The notes: generated by a model not told the origin, from the letters alone. A stretch of DNA of 54,240 bases from an uncultured Eubacteriales bacterium (GCA_964435925.1 CAYTBG010000004.1:1792-56031); one strand, 5' to 3'. Counted from the stretch's first letter, positions 43,841 to 53,846 are shown. Program-made: numbers and translations.

Positions 43841-45185
43841 CGATGAAAAGAGCGTTCTCGATATGCTCAACGTAGTCTTTAAAAAGGAAGGCTACAGAGT
43901 AAAGAAATCCCTTTCTGCCCAAAAAGCCCTTGAATTGATAGATGAAGAAGACTTTGACCTTATCCTCTCCGATATAAGGCTTCCCCAGATAAGCGGAATG
44001 GAGCTTCTCCGGAAGGTCAAAGAGAAAAAGCCCGGGATTCCTGTCATCATGATAACAGCTTACGGGACGATCAAGCAGGCGGTGGAGGCTTTTAAAGCAG
44101 GGGCCATAGATTATGTGGTGAAGCCTTTTGACGTGGAAGAGCTGAAAATCATTGTTTCTCAAGGACTGGAAAAGATAAGGCTTAAAGAAGAGAATATTCT
44201 TCTTAAAAAAGAACTCAAGGAGAAATACAGTTTCAAGAACATGGTAGGCAAGAGCAAGAAAATGAAGGAGATATACAGCTTGATTGAAAAGCTTGCAGCA
44301 ACAGATTCCACCGTACTTATAACCGGAGAAAGCGGTACGGGAAAAGAGATGGCTGCCAGAGCGGTTCATCTTCTCAGCCAGCGCTGGGATAATCCGTTTG
44401 TCTCCCTAAACTGCGGCGCTCTTCCCGAAAATCTACTGGAGAGCGAGCTTTTTGGCCATGTGAAGGGGTCTTTTACAGGCGCAGTGGTTAATAAAAAAGG
44501 CATGTTCGAAGTGGCAGAGAAAGGAGTTTTATTTTTAGACGAGGTGGGAGAGATGTCTCCCTGGACTCAGGTGAAGCTCCTTGGGGCTATCCAGGATAAG
44601 AAAGTAAGAAGAGTGGGTGGGACTGAGGAAATTCCGGTTGATGTCCGGATCATAGCCGCTACCAATCAAAATTTAAAGAAGAAAATCGAGGAAGAGAAAT
44701 TCAGGGAAGACCTCTTTTATCGCCTGAATGTCATTTCTTTTGAAATGCCCCCTTTAAGAGAGAAAAAAGAAGACCTGCCGCTCCTTGTCTCTCATTTCCT
44801 CAAGAAATACTGCAAGAAGATGGAAAAAAAGATAAAAAGAATTGTTCCCGAAGTGATGAATATCTTCGAATCCTACCCTTGGCCAGGGAATGTCAGGGAG
44901 CTCGAGAACCTTATAGAAAGAATCGTCGCCATTGAGGATAGGGGGACAATAACAGAAGATAGCCTTCCTGAAGAGCTTTTAAAACCCCGTAAAAAGCCAG
45001 AAACCAACCTCCTTTTTCAGCAGGGTTTTAACCTCAATTCACATCTTGATGAAATTGCCCAAGATTATATCAAAGAGGCTCGCCAGGCTGCGAACGGTAA
45101 CCTCAAGGAAACAGCTTCTCTTCTTGGCGTCAGCTACCGCACATTGCGGTACCTCATCGATAAATACGGCTTAAAATCTTCCTGA
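43818..45185 (+). CDS. pilR: Sigma-54 response regulator PilR-like
   Basis: REC domain, GESGTGKE, ESELFGHVKGSFTGA, WPGNVREL, HTH. Confidence 0.88.
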   Translation: MEKILIIDDEKSVLDMLNVVFKKEGYRVKKSLSAQKALELIDEEDFDLILSDIRLPQISGMELLRKVKEKKPGIPVIMITAYGTIKQAVEAFKAGAIDYVVKPFDVEELKIIVSQGLEKIRLKEENILLKKELKEKYSFKNMVGKSKKMKEIYSLIEKLAATDSTVLITGESGTGKEMAARAVHLLSQRWDNPFVSLNCGALPENLLESELFGHVKGSFTGAVVNKKGMFEVAEKGVLFLDEVGEMSPWTQVKLLGAIQDKKVRRVGGTEEIPVDVRIIAATNQNLKKKIEEEKFREDLFYRLNVISFEMPPLREKKEDLPLLVSHFLKKYCKKMEKKIKRIVPEVMNIFESYPWPGNVRELENLIERIVAIEDRGTITEDSLPEELLKPRKKPETNLLFQQGFNLNSHLDEIAQDYIKEARQAANGNLKETASLLGVSYRTLRYLIDKYGLKSS

Positions 45186-45238
45186 AAAACTCCATAAGAA
45201 GGAAAATTAAAGGAAATAATGGAATTTTGCCTGATAGG

Positions 45239-45361
45239 TGACATATTTTGTCAAAAAAGAGACAAAAGATGTCATTTTGGAGTGAGAAAATTGAGATTTT
45301 AAATATAACTTAATTATTTTCAATAAGTTAATATTTTTTTTAATTTGGCACAGAAATTGCT
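45239..45361 (+). promoter_or_regulatory. Sigma-54 pilin promoter with activator sites and IHF-like site
   Basis: TGGCAC-AGAAA-TTGCT at 45346-45361; TGACA-N5-TGTCA at 45239 and AGACA-N5-TGTCA at 45260; TTTCAATAAGTTA near 45318. Confidence 0.8.
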
Positions 45362-45448
45362 AAATAAAGAGTGCACATTAAATAATGTCAAATTTAACAT
45401 TTTCTGGCGGACTAGAACAATAAAGTCGCCAGAGCCAAGGAGGTTTTA

Positions 45449-45982
45449 ATGTTAAAAAAAGTAAGAGGTTTTACACTGATTGAGCTGCTTATCGTTGTTG
45501 CTATCCTCGGAATTCTTGCCGCCCTTCTCATCCCCAACGCTATTACCGCCATTCAGAAAGCGAAGCAGAAAAGCACCATGAAGGACATCACCGTCATTTC
45601 CACAGCTGTCACAGATTATGTTACTGATAACGGAATCACTCCCACTCAAAATGGTACTTACACAGCCAGCTCTGCCTTTTATACCGGGCTTTCCCCCTTC
45701 TACGTCAAAGTTCTTCCCCTTACCGACCAGTGGGGTACTTTTTATAATGCTTACTGTGGAACTGCTGTAGATGGAAATTATGGAATTACTGGAGCAGCTG
45801 GAGATGATTTCGTAATTGCTTCCTATGGACGTGCTGGAGTCGCAGAAAGTTTTACCTTCAGTGCTGCCAACCCAGAAGCTGGGTTGTATGTGGTCAGCCA
45901 GTCAGATCATTTCAACCGTGATTTAGTAATGTGGAATGGTTCCTGGATTCGTGCGCCAAGGACTGCTGCAGCAGGTACCTAA
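45449..45982 (+). CDS. Type IV major pilin (GspG-like)
   Basis: RG|FTLIELLIVV prepilin site, DQWG, ASYGRAG; AAGGAGG RBS. Confidence 0.9.
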   Translation: MLKKVRGFTLIELLIVVAILGILAALLIPNAITAIQKAKQKSTMKDITVISTAVTDYVTDNGITPTQNGTYTASSAFYTGLSPFYVKVLPLTDQWGTFYNAYCGTAVDGNYGITGAAGDDFVIASYGRAGVAESFTFSAANPEAGLYVVSQSDHFNRDLVMWNGSWIRAPRTAAAGT

Positions 45983-46021
45983 TTTCAAGCTAGCACTCGC
46001 TAAAGTGTTTTCCAAACTTGG

Positions 46022-46057
46022 AAGAGGGCGATACATCAAGCAGTGTATCGCCCTCTT
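46022..46057 (+). terminator. Intrinsic terminator
   Basis: 14 bp stem AAGAGGGCGATACA/TGTATCGCCCTCTT followed by a T-rich tract. Confidence 0.8.
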
Positions 46058-46122
46058 CTTTTATCTAGTAACTAAATGGAGTATAATTTTATCTCTGGAT
46101 TTGCTCCAAAAAGAGGATTCAA

Positions 46123-46680
46123 ATGTTGAAAAAAGCAAGGGGTTTCACATTGGTTGAATTACTCATCGTTGTTGCTATCATCGGGATCCTCTCAGCGCTT
46201 GTCATCCCCAATGCCGTAGTCGCTATACAGAAAGCTCGACAAAAAGAAACTATGAAGCAAATTGTCCACCTGGCCACCGCCTGTGCAGATTATGTAACTA
46301 CGGTTGGATACGCCCCTGATTCTGGAAATCAATCAGGCGCTCTTCAAGTCGACAGCAATTTCTTAAGTTCTATTTCCCCCATGTTTTTAAGAGTTTGCCC
46401 TATAAATGATCAATGGGGGAATCCTTTTCGAGTTTATACTGGCACAGCCGTAAGCTCGGTTTACGGTATTCCTGCAGAAGATATAGCTAGTGATGACTTT
46501 TTAATTGTATCCTTAGGACGAGACGGAGAGGATGGCGGAGATGAAAGCTTTACTTATAATGCCGCTAATCCTGCAGCCGGCATGTATCAGATAGAATCTA
46601 TTGCGGATTTCGATAATGATTTGATCAATTTGAGTGGATCTTGGCTTCATGCTCCACGAATAATGTTTCGTGGCTCATGA
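46123..46680 (+). CDS. Second pilin paralog (GspG-like)
   Basis: RG|FTLVELLIVV, DQWGNPF, SLGRDG. Confidence 0.88.
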   Translation: MLKKARGFTLVELLIVVAIIGILSALVIPNAVVAIQKARQKETMKQIVHLATACADYVTTVGYAPDSGNQSGALQVDSNFLSSISPMFLRVCPINDQWGNPFRVYTGTAVSSVYGIPAEDIASDDFLIVSLGRDGEDGGDESFTYNAANPAAGMYQIESIADFDNDLINLSGSWLHAPRIMFRGS

Positions 46681-46810
46681 TTTAAATAATTTTTAGCCAT
46701 GCAGTGCGGTACATTACCTAATGTGTCGCTTTTTTTTCGCCCTTCCATACTTAACTGATCCCCGCTCTCCCTTTATTCAAGGACTTATGTTATAATCTCA
46801 GCAACAAGGA

Positions 46811-47506
46811 ATGCGAACAATTGTCCTCTTGATCATTTATACTCTTCTGACGATTCTTCTCATTCCCCTTCTTCTTTTCTGCTACCCGCTAAAGTTTGCT
46901 CAGCCTATTGTCTTGATCGCCAAGTGGGCTTTTTGGGTCGGGCAGAAAATATTGGGGATTCGCCTTGATGCTTCCGGAATTGAGAGAATAGATAAAAGAG
47001 TGCCCTATGTTTTTATGGCTAACCATCTGAGTTTAATCGACGGGCCTTTGCTTTTTATGCTCATTCCTCAATTTGTTAGAGTTCTCCTGAAAAAAGAAGC
47101 TTTCAGGATTCCTATTATCGGCCAGGCTATGAGGCAGGTGGGTTTTGTTTCTGTTGATAGAAAAGGTTTAAAGGGAGGAAAAAAGAGCATAGATCGAGCC
47201 ACTCGCATGATAAAAGAGAAGGGCATATCCTTCCTGATATTTCCCGAAGGCACGAGGAGTCGAGACGGGAAACTCCAGCCATTCAAGCGGGGAGGATTCT
47301 TCCTGGCGGTCAACAGCCAGGTCCCCATATTTCCTGTGAGCATAAAGGGAAGCTACGCACTCATGCCCAAGGGTTCTTTTTTTGCAAAAAAAGGAACAGT
47401 GGGCGTGATATTTCATCCGCCAGTTTCTGTTCAGGGATTTGACAGGAACAACCTCTTTCAGCTTATGGGTAAAGTCAGAAGCGTCATACAGAGTGGATTA
47501 GATTGA
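46811..47506 (+). CDS. plsC: 1-acyl-sn-glycerol-3-phosphate acyltransferase family
   Basis: NHLSLID, FPEGTRS. Confidence 0.88.
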   Translation: MRTIVLLIIYTLLTILLIPLLLFCYPLKFAQPIVLIAKWAFWVGQKILGIRLDASGIERIDKRVPYVFMANHLSLIDGPLLFMLIPQFVRVLLKKEAFRIPIIGQAMRQVGFVSVDRKGLKGGKKSIDRATRMIKEKGISFLIFPEGTRSRDGKLQPFKRGGFFLAVNSQVPIFPVSIKGSYALMPKGSFFAKKGTVGVIFHPPVSVQGFDRNNLFQLMGKVRSVIQSGLD

Positions 47507-47544
47507 TAATTTTCAAGAAACTTTATTATTAGCCAGGAGGGAAG

Positions 47545-48105
47545 ATGGATTATCAAAATGTTATCGAGGAATGGAGACAAATTGCCGAGGATTTTTTTGT
47601 AGCCAGGGGTGATCTTTTCGAAAAAGTTGCGAGCCTCACAGTCGAAAAGCTAAGAGCCGGCCATAAGATTCTGATTTTTGGGAACGGTGGGAGCGCTGCC
47701 CAGGCTCAACATTTTTCTGCAGAGCTTGTGAATAAATTTCTAAAGGAAAGGGCTCCTATTCGAGCGATATCCTTAACCACAGACACTTCTTCCCTCACGT
47801 CTATCGCCAATGATATATCTTACGACCATGTATTCAGCCGCCAGATAGAAGCCCTTGGGGATAAGAAGGATATTGCCCTGGGCCTTTCCACAAGTGGAAA
47901 CTCACCCAATGTGATGAAGGCCATGAAAGTTGCTAAAGAGAGAGGATTGCTCACCGTGGCCTTCACCGGAAGAGGAGGAGGAAAGCTCAGCTCACTCGTT
48001 GATTATCTCCTTGACGTGTCTTCAGGGAGCACTCCCAGGATTCAGGAGGTTCATCTTCTCCTCCTTCATCTTTTAGCTCAGGAGATAGAAAAAAGGTTGG
48101 AATAA
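47545..48105 (+). CDS. gmhA: D-sedoheptulose-7-phosphate isomerase
   Basis: GNGGSAAQAQHFSAEL, FSRQIEALG, STSGNSPNV, RIQEVH. Confidence 0.92.
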   Translation: MDYQNVIEEWRQIAEDFFVARGDLFEKVASLTVEKLRAGHKILIFGNGGSAAQAQHFSAELVNKFLKERAPIRAISLTTDTSSLTSIANDISYDHVFSRQIEALGDKKDIALGLSTSGNSPNVMKAMKVAKERGLLTVAFTGRGGGKLSSLVDYLLDVSSGSTPRIQEVHLLLLHLLAQEIEKRLE

Positions 48106-48111
48106 AATTCT

Positions 48112-49944
48112 TTACCGGGACCGCCAGAACCTCTCCCTGCGCGGTCTGGATTTGGATTCCCTGATAATGACAGGTTTCTCCTCCGCAGCCGGGCTTTCAG
48201 GCACAGCTTCCCTTTCTTCTTTTTCACTTTTGTCGATGCGGAAGGATCTCTCTGTTGCATAGAGAATTTCTTCTCTGAGTCCTTCAGAGGAAACTTCCTC
48301 CGTAAACTTCCGTCTGCCTGCCACTAAATCTTTGATATAGTGCTGAATCTGCTCCTCAGAGTAGAAGTTGCGGAGAGCGTATTCATCGAGGCTTTTTCCT
48401 TCGCAGACCCTTATTTCCTTGGTTCCCAGCAGTCCTTTCTCATAGTGGTTGGTTCCTCTTAAATCGCCCCTCTGGATTTGAGCCATAAGATTGATGGGAA
48501 CACGGCTCACCTTACGCACCAATCTTTTTTTTGTTTGACCGTTTTCTTCATGAGTTTCGATAATCTCTCCAACCCCCCCTGTGTTGTACTGCATGAATTT
48601 AACTTTTTCTGGGTAGTTGCTAACCAGGGTCATGATTATTTCATAGAAGCGGTTGATTTTTTTAGCCCTGGGCCCGACGATGAAGGGATCGGTTCCGACG
48701 ATGCGCACTGATTCACCGGCTTTGAGGGGCTGGCTGGCATAGCTGTGGGTGCTTTCTCCCCAGAGATAAGCAAGCACAGCTTGTTCTGGGGTCAACTGCT
48801 GGGCAAAACTCATTATCGTGTTCCTTCGGGTGATGAAAGCAAAGATAAGCCCGTCAAGTTCTTCAAGAGGAGGGAGGTTGATAGATTTAGAGTAGAGGCC
48901 AACTGTTTTTCCCTTTATCTTGACCTTGAGTTTATCGCGCCTCAGAACTGCCCTTCCGTTCGCTGTAAGAGTTTCATCGAGAAAATCGACTTCCCCATCG
49001 GCTTTGATCATGACGTTTTCAAACAGCGCAGATTTGTCGGTTAGAGCGTTGTACATCGCTTCCTGGCCTTCTTGTTCAACATCTGTTTTCACAAAGAAGT
49101 TGTTTTCTGTCCCCAGGGCAGATCCATCAGTCTTCAAGAAAACAATATCATCCTGGGTAACTATGGTCTTTTCGCCTTTATCATAATCAAGCCCGAGTTT
49201 GTGGCAGGACCAGGTGGATTTTCCCGTTGCTGTCAGGCCAAACAGAAATACTCCGTAGGTTTTGAGCTTGTTGTTGGAGTCTCTGACCGTAACCAGCTTT
49301 GTTCCGGCGTGAAGACCGAGCATGCCCAGCTCATCAGCAGACCACATAGCCTGGCGGAGAAAACCTTTTTTATCTTCTCCCAAGTAATCAGTCCCCAGAG
49401 CGATATTAATTTTTTCTTCAGGCAAAGCAAGAACTTGCTGCCGCAGAAGATGCTCTTCCGGAATATGAATCATGATGAACTCGGGGCCAGGACGCTTTCC
49501 TGGTTTGAACATGGTGTGTCCCCACATAAATCCGATGCGGTAGTTCACAAGATCTGCTTCGGAAACATAAAGATTGCAGATGGGGTTGTAGGAATCATTT
49601 TCTCCCATCTGTCTCCGGATGTGGTAGAAGGGAAGAGTTCGCAGAAGATGGAGCACCTTGTCCAGCTCCTTCGGTGCCCTGGCGATGAGAGTTTGCTGTT
49701 CTGCTGCGGGAGATGGAAGCTGGACTGCTTCACTCCCTAAGTAAACAGTTTTCGGAGCAATGCGGCTTGATATGGCTGCCCGCCAGCCGTAAGATCCGAA
49801 CTTTGTTTTCACTCCTGTGGCTTTGGCTTTTGGCTCGAGCCATTTGAGGTCTACAGCTCTGATGTTCGGTCCCTTCAAGACTCGAAGGAGTTCCTCCTTA
49901 AATTTATTGTAGGCTTCCTGGTTAAATATTCCTTTGTTATTCAT
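48112..49944 (-). CDS. pckA: Phosphoenolpyruvate carboxykinase (ATP-type-like), divergent
   Basis: YLGEDKKG, LHAG, FGLTATGKST, QDDIV, NGRA, YNTG map onto the PEPCK catalytic motifs. Confidence 0.8.
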   Translation of the reverse strand: MNNKGIFNQEAYNKFKEELLRVLKGPNIRAVDLKWLEPKAKATGVKTKFGSYGWRAAISSRIAPKTVYLGSEAVQLPSPAAEQQTLIARAPKELDKVLHLLRTLPFYHIRRQMGENDSYNPICNLYVSEADLVNYRIGFMWGHTMFKPGKRPGPEFIMIHIPEEHLLRQQVLALPEEKINIALGTDYLGEDKKGFLRQAMWSADELGMLGLHAGTKLVTVRDSNNKLKTYGVFLFGLTATGKSTWSCHKLGLDYDKGEKTIVTQDDIVFLKTDGSALGTENNFFVKTDVEQEGQEAMYNALTDKSALFENVMIKADGEVDFLDETLTANGRAVLRRDKLKVKIKGKTVGLYSKSINLPPLEELDGLIFAFITRRNTIMSFAQQLTPEQAVLAYLWGESTHSYASQPLKAGESVRIVGTDPFIVGPRAKKINRFYEIIMTLVSNYPEKVKFMQYNTGGVGEIIETHEENGQTKKRLVRKVSRVPINLMAQIQRGDLRGTNHYEKGLLGTKEIRVCEGKSLDEYALRNFYSEEQIQHYIKDLVAGRRKFTEEVSSEGLREEILYATERSFRIDKSEKEEREAVPESPAAEEKPVIIRESKSRPRRERFWRSR

Positions 49945-50060
49945 CGGAATTATGCATTTTCTTTTATTAATACAAACGCAATATATATTTTTACAATGTC
50001 AAGCGAAGAAATCTTCTTCGCTTGTCGCGATGACACTGGAATAATTGCATTTGCATTAGA

Positions 50061-52412
50061 TTATTCTGTTTTTGGCTCTCCTGTCACAATTTTTTTGAGG
50101 TCATCGACTGAGGCCTTTCCGCTGTTAAAGAGGTAACAGGAAGTGCTCTCGAGAAGACGCTCGAAAAAATTCCTCTGGAGCTCCATCTTTTCAGGGGTTG
50201 TGAGCAAAAGATGGGGATTGAAAAAAGGCTGGCTTTTAGAGGGACTGAGACCGCGCGTTAATCCCAGACTCTGTCCAGACTCGAGAAGGCGCAGGGCATC
50301 CTCAACTTGGACCTCCACTACTGGAGGAGAGACAGTATCATAGCGGAGAATAAATACCCAGCGAAGAGAAGTGCGCTTAACGTGCTTTGTTGGTCCCTCG
50401 ATCCAATAAGGATCAAGAAGAGCGTGGGAATCTTTGGAGGCTTTATAGCAATAGGGGGAGCCGCGGTCAAGACGGCAGTCGTCTATGCGAAGGCATTCGG
50501 CGTCCTGGCAGTCTTCCTTGAGCGTAATTACATTTTCACATTTACTTGAGTCGAAAAGAGGAGCTAAACGAGGATAGGATTCAACAGTGTTTGTCGGGAA
50601 AAAAAGCTTTCTTTCGACAGAATCAGCCAGGGCTGTGCCTCCTGCCAAGCGGACGAAGATGATGTCGTTGGAGTGCAAGCGGAGTCCTTTATCTTGAAGA
50701 AGAGCGAAGAAAAATTCAGTCTTTTTTGTTCCTTTTGGCCCGATCAGGGCGAGACCGCTTCCGTCAATATCAGCCGACATTCCCCGGATAGTGTGGACAT
50801 TAAATAGCTTTTCGGAGACGTCCATGACAAGACCAAGAGCCAGACTGCGCAGAGAAACGTAATTGTCTGTGTTGACGAGCACGCCTGTGTTTGTTTCTGA
50901 GTTATAGAAAGAGTGCGGTTCGCGTCCTGTTATTCCGTCGACAGCATATATGATGCCATGGGGTTCCAGGTCTGCTTCAAGTTGAGCCGGGTACCAGTTT
51001 TCGATCCAGAAATCATTGAGGTGGGAGACATTTGTGCGCAGCTGAACAATGACGCCGTTGATGTTGGCGTTCCATTCAAAATAGTTTTCGTAGCTGAGAT
51101 GGCTTTCCATTTCAGCGATCAGAGCATCCTTCATTTTGACAGAGATTGTGGAATCTACGGGCACTGATTTTTTTCTTCGTGTTATCGTATTGTCTAAAGA
51201 TATGCGCTTGATTTTTTTGGCTGTCTTAAGGTTTGAGAGAGCCTCTGTGATCCTGTCCATACCTTTTTCCAGGTTTTCCATGGAAGTGGCGTATGAAATG
51301 CGGATATAATCATCGGCACCAAAGGAATCTCCTGGGACTATAGCTACTAAGGCCTCTTTTAGAAGATAATAAGCCATGCCGTAAGAGTTTCGAATCTGGA
51401 CATTGTTGAATTCTTTATCATAATAAGAGGAGAGATTAGGAAAAAGATAAAATGCTCCCTGTGGTTTAAAACAGGAGAGATGAGGGATTCTCTGAAGCCT
51501 CATCAAGAGATAATTTCTCCGTCTCTGAAACTCAGATGTCATTTTGGAAACTTCATACTGGGGACCGGTCAAGGCTTCTAAACTCGCTTTTTGAGAGATC
51601 GAGCAGGCATTGGAGGTAGTGTGGCTCTGGATTTTGGCCATGCCATTGATTATTTCTGCGGGGCCGGCTGCATATCCAATTCGCCATCCTGTCATGGAGT
51701 AAGATTTTGAGACCCCGCTTATGATAGCTGTTTTCTTTTTTATTTCCTCTCCCAGGGAAGCGAAGCTAACAAAACGAAAGCCATCATAGACGATTTTTTC
51801 ATAGATTTCATCAGCGATAACAAAGATATCTTCTTCCATTACTACGTCCGCCAGGGCTTCAAGATCGCGTTTCTCGTATGCTGCTCCTGTAGGATTGGAG
51901 GGATTGTTCAGTATCAAAGCCTTGGTGGCAGGGGAGATGGCAGACTTTAGCTGATCTGGCGTCAGAAGAAATCCATTTTCTTCCTTGGTAGGGATTATTA
52001 CAACTTTGCCTTTAGCCAGTGAGACTGAATGGGGATAGGTTACCCAGTAGGGAGCCGGGATGATTACTTCTTCGCCTTCATCAATCAGCGCTTGAACAAG
52101 GTGGTAAAGCGCGCTCTTAGCTCCTGAAGAGACAATGATTTCATCCAGAGCATACGTGAGGCCAAAATCTTGTTTCAGGCGGTTTATAATCGCTTCTTTT
52201 AGCGCTGGAATTCCATCGTTTGCTGTATACTTGGTAAAATTTTGCTCAATGGCCTGGATACCAGCCGCTTTTACATTATCAGGAGTGGGAAAGTCTGGCT
52301 CTCCCACACTGAGGTCAACAACGTCTATTCCCTCAGCCTTCATTGCTTTAGCTTTGGTTGTTACTTTAAGGGTGGGAGATATGCCGATTTGACTTGCTTT
52401 TTCTGATATCAT
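50061..52412 (-). CDS. Fusion: class I PLP aspartate-type aminotransferase + C-terminal degenerate PEPCK-like P-loop domain
   Basis: N-terminal ~395 aa: GEPDF, NNPSNPTG, DEIYE, SKSYSMTGWRIG, GAFYLF. C-terminal ~385 aa: HTIRGMSADIDGSGLALIGPKGTKKT, LHSNDIIFVR, Cys cluster, FFNPH. Confidence 0.85.
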   Translation of the reverse strand: MISEKASQIGISPTLKVTTKAKAMKAEGIDVVDLSVGEPDFPTPDNVKAAGIQAIEQNFTKYTANDGIPALKEAIINRLKQDFGLTYALDEIIVSSGAKSALYHLVQALIDEGEEVIIPAPYWVTYPHSVSLAKGKVVIIPTKEENGFLLTPDQLKSAISPATKALILNNPSNPTGAAYEKRDLEALADVVMEEDIFVIADEIYEKIVYDGFRFVSFASLGEEIKKKTAIISGVSKSYSMTGWRIGYAAGPAEIINGMAKIQSHTTSNACSISQKASLEALTGPQYEVSKMTSEFQRRRNYLLMRLQRIPHLSCFKPQGAFYLFPNLSSYYDKEFNNVQIRNSYGMAYYLLKEALVAIVPGDSFGADDYIRISYATSMENLEKGMDRITEALSNLKTAKKIKRISLDNTITRRKKSVPVDSTISVKMKDALIAEMESHLSYENYFEWNANINGVIVQLRTNVSHLNDFWIENWYPAQLEADLEPHGIIYAVDGITGREPHSFYNSETNTGVLVNTDNYVSLRSLALGLVMDVSEKLFNVHTIRGMSADIDGSGLALIGPKGTKKTEFFFALLQDKGLRLHSNDIIFVRLAGGTALADSVERKLFFPTNTVESYPRLAPLFDSSKCENVITLKEDCQDAECLRIDDCRLDRGSPYCYKASKDSHALLDPYWIEGPTKHVKRTSLRWVFILRYDTVSPPVVEVQVEDALRLLESGQSLGLTRGLSPSKSQPFFNPHLLLTTPEKMELQRNFFERLLESTSCYLFNSGKASVDDLKKIVTGEPKTE

Positions 52413-52439
52413 GACTGACCTACTTTTCCTGGGGAATGA

Positions 52440-53846
52440 TTATTCTTCTTCTTTCTCGTCAGGCGTGAGTTTTTCTTTGAGATATTTCTTCAGGTCAACC
52501 CCTGTCAGGGATTTGACAACCTCTGGCATTTGAGCCAGGACTTCTGCTACCTGGCCGGTGATTTTTGAAGTACCCAGGCCTTTATCGCCTCCGACCATCA
52601 CAATTTTATCAACCTTGGAAAGAGGTTCGGAGACGGCCTTGGCCAAGTCAGGGAGGACTTTAAGATAGCTATCAAAGAGAGCGGCATGGTCGTACTTTTC
52701 CCAGGCCTGGGCTTTTTTCAGCATTGATTCAGCCTCGGCTAAGCCTCGTTGCTTGAGCTCTTCGGCTGCAGCAGCACCTTCGAGTTTTGTCGCTTCTGAT
52801 TTTCCCCTGGCTTCAGCAAGGATGCGGTATTCCTCTGCCTCTGCTTCTGCTTTTAGCTGGTATTTGCGGGCGTCAGAAGGTTTGATAACACTGGACTCAA
52901 GCTCTTTTTGTTTACGTCCGATTTCTAAATCCTCTATCTTTATGGATTGTTCCTTTTCTATGATCTTTACCTTGGCTTCTTCCTTTTTTATTTCCTGGTC
53001 GATACGGAAGCGCTCAAGTTCGTAGGAGAGGTCTGCTTGGGCTTTTTTCTGGTTGACCAGAGCCTGCGACTCGGCCTTTTTTCCTTCGTTTTCCCACTCG
53101 GCTTTGGCGATGAGGGCTTCGGCACCGAGGCGCGACACCTCTCCTTCTTTTCGTGCTTCTGAAGATTTGATCATGGCTTGCTTCTCTGTTTCTGCTTCTG
53201 CGATCGCAGCGTCCCGTTTGGCTGCGGCTATCTGTGGTTTTCCGAGGGCATCGAGGTATCCCTGGGTGTCGCTTATGTCTTTAAGGGCATAGGACATCAT
53301 GGTCAAGCCCATCAGGGCAAAGTCTTTATGGGCAGCCTGGATCACTTTATCTGAAAATTCGTGTCTTCCTGTATAGATTTCCTCCACGGTCATGGCACCT
53401 ATAACCTCTCTCATCTTTCCCTCGAGGATGGTCGAGGAGACACTCTTGATGCCTTCTTTTCCCAGTCCCAAAAATTGCTCTGCGGCCAAGCGAATAGAGT
53501 GGTCAGAGGAATCTATCTTGACCTGAGCAGTGGATTCAGCCAGGAGGGGAACTCCTCCTCGGGTGAGAACTTCTGGAGTTTTGATATTCAAGGTGATCAC
53601 TTCCATAGGCAAGATGTCGACAGTTTCGATGAAGGGCAAAACAAGAGTACCTCCTCCCAGACGATAGCGATAGCCGACTTTTCTCTTGGTTCCATCAGGG
53701 GCGATTACTGCTCTCTTTCTTCCTCCAGAAATAATAAGAGCTTGATTGGGACCGACTTTTCGATACTGTTTGGCCATAAGAAGAATTATTAAGGCTAAGA
53801 AAATAAGTATTATGCCCAATATGATCAGCTTGGGTATGATGGTCAT
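52440..53846 (-). CDS. Flotillin (SPFH domain) protein
   Basis: N-terminal TM, GGGTLVLP, LEGKMREVIGAMTVEEI, AEA-rich coiled coil, VDKIVMV. Confidence 0.93.
   Translation of the reverse strand: MTIIPKLIILGIILIFLALIILLMAKQYRKVGPNQALIISGGRKRAVIAPDGTKRKVGYRYRLGGGTLVLPFIETVDILPMEVITLNIKTPEVLTRGGVPLLAESTAQVKIDSSDHSIRLAAEQFLGLGKEGIKSVSSTILEGKMREVIGAMTVEEIYTGRHEFSDKVIQAAHKDFALMGLTMMSYALKDISDTQGYLDALGKPQIAAAKRDAAIAEAETEKQAMIKSSEARKEGEVSRLGAEALIAKAEWENEGKKAESQALVNQKKAQADLSYELERFRIDQEIKKEEAKVKIIEKEQSIKIEDLEIGRKQKELESSVIKPSDARKYQLKAEAEAEEYRILAEARGKSEATKLEGAAAAEELKQRGLAEAESMLKKAQAWEKYDHAALFDSYLKVLPDLAKAVSEPLSKVDKIVMVGGDKGLGTSKITGQVAEVLAQMPEVVKSLTGVDLKKYLKEKLTPDEKEEE

Noticed and set aside
48478-53792. 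Plus-strand ORFs opposite PEPCK, the fusion and flotillin
   Set aside because: Antisense shadows without motifs
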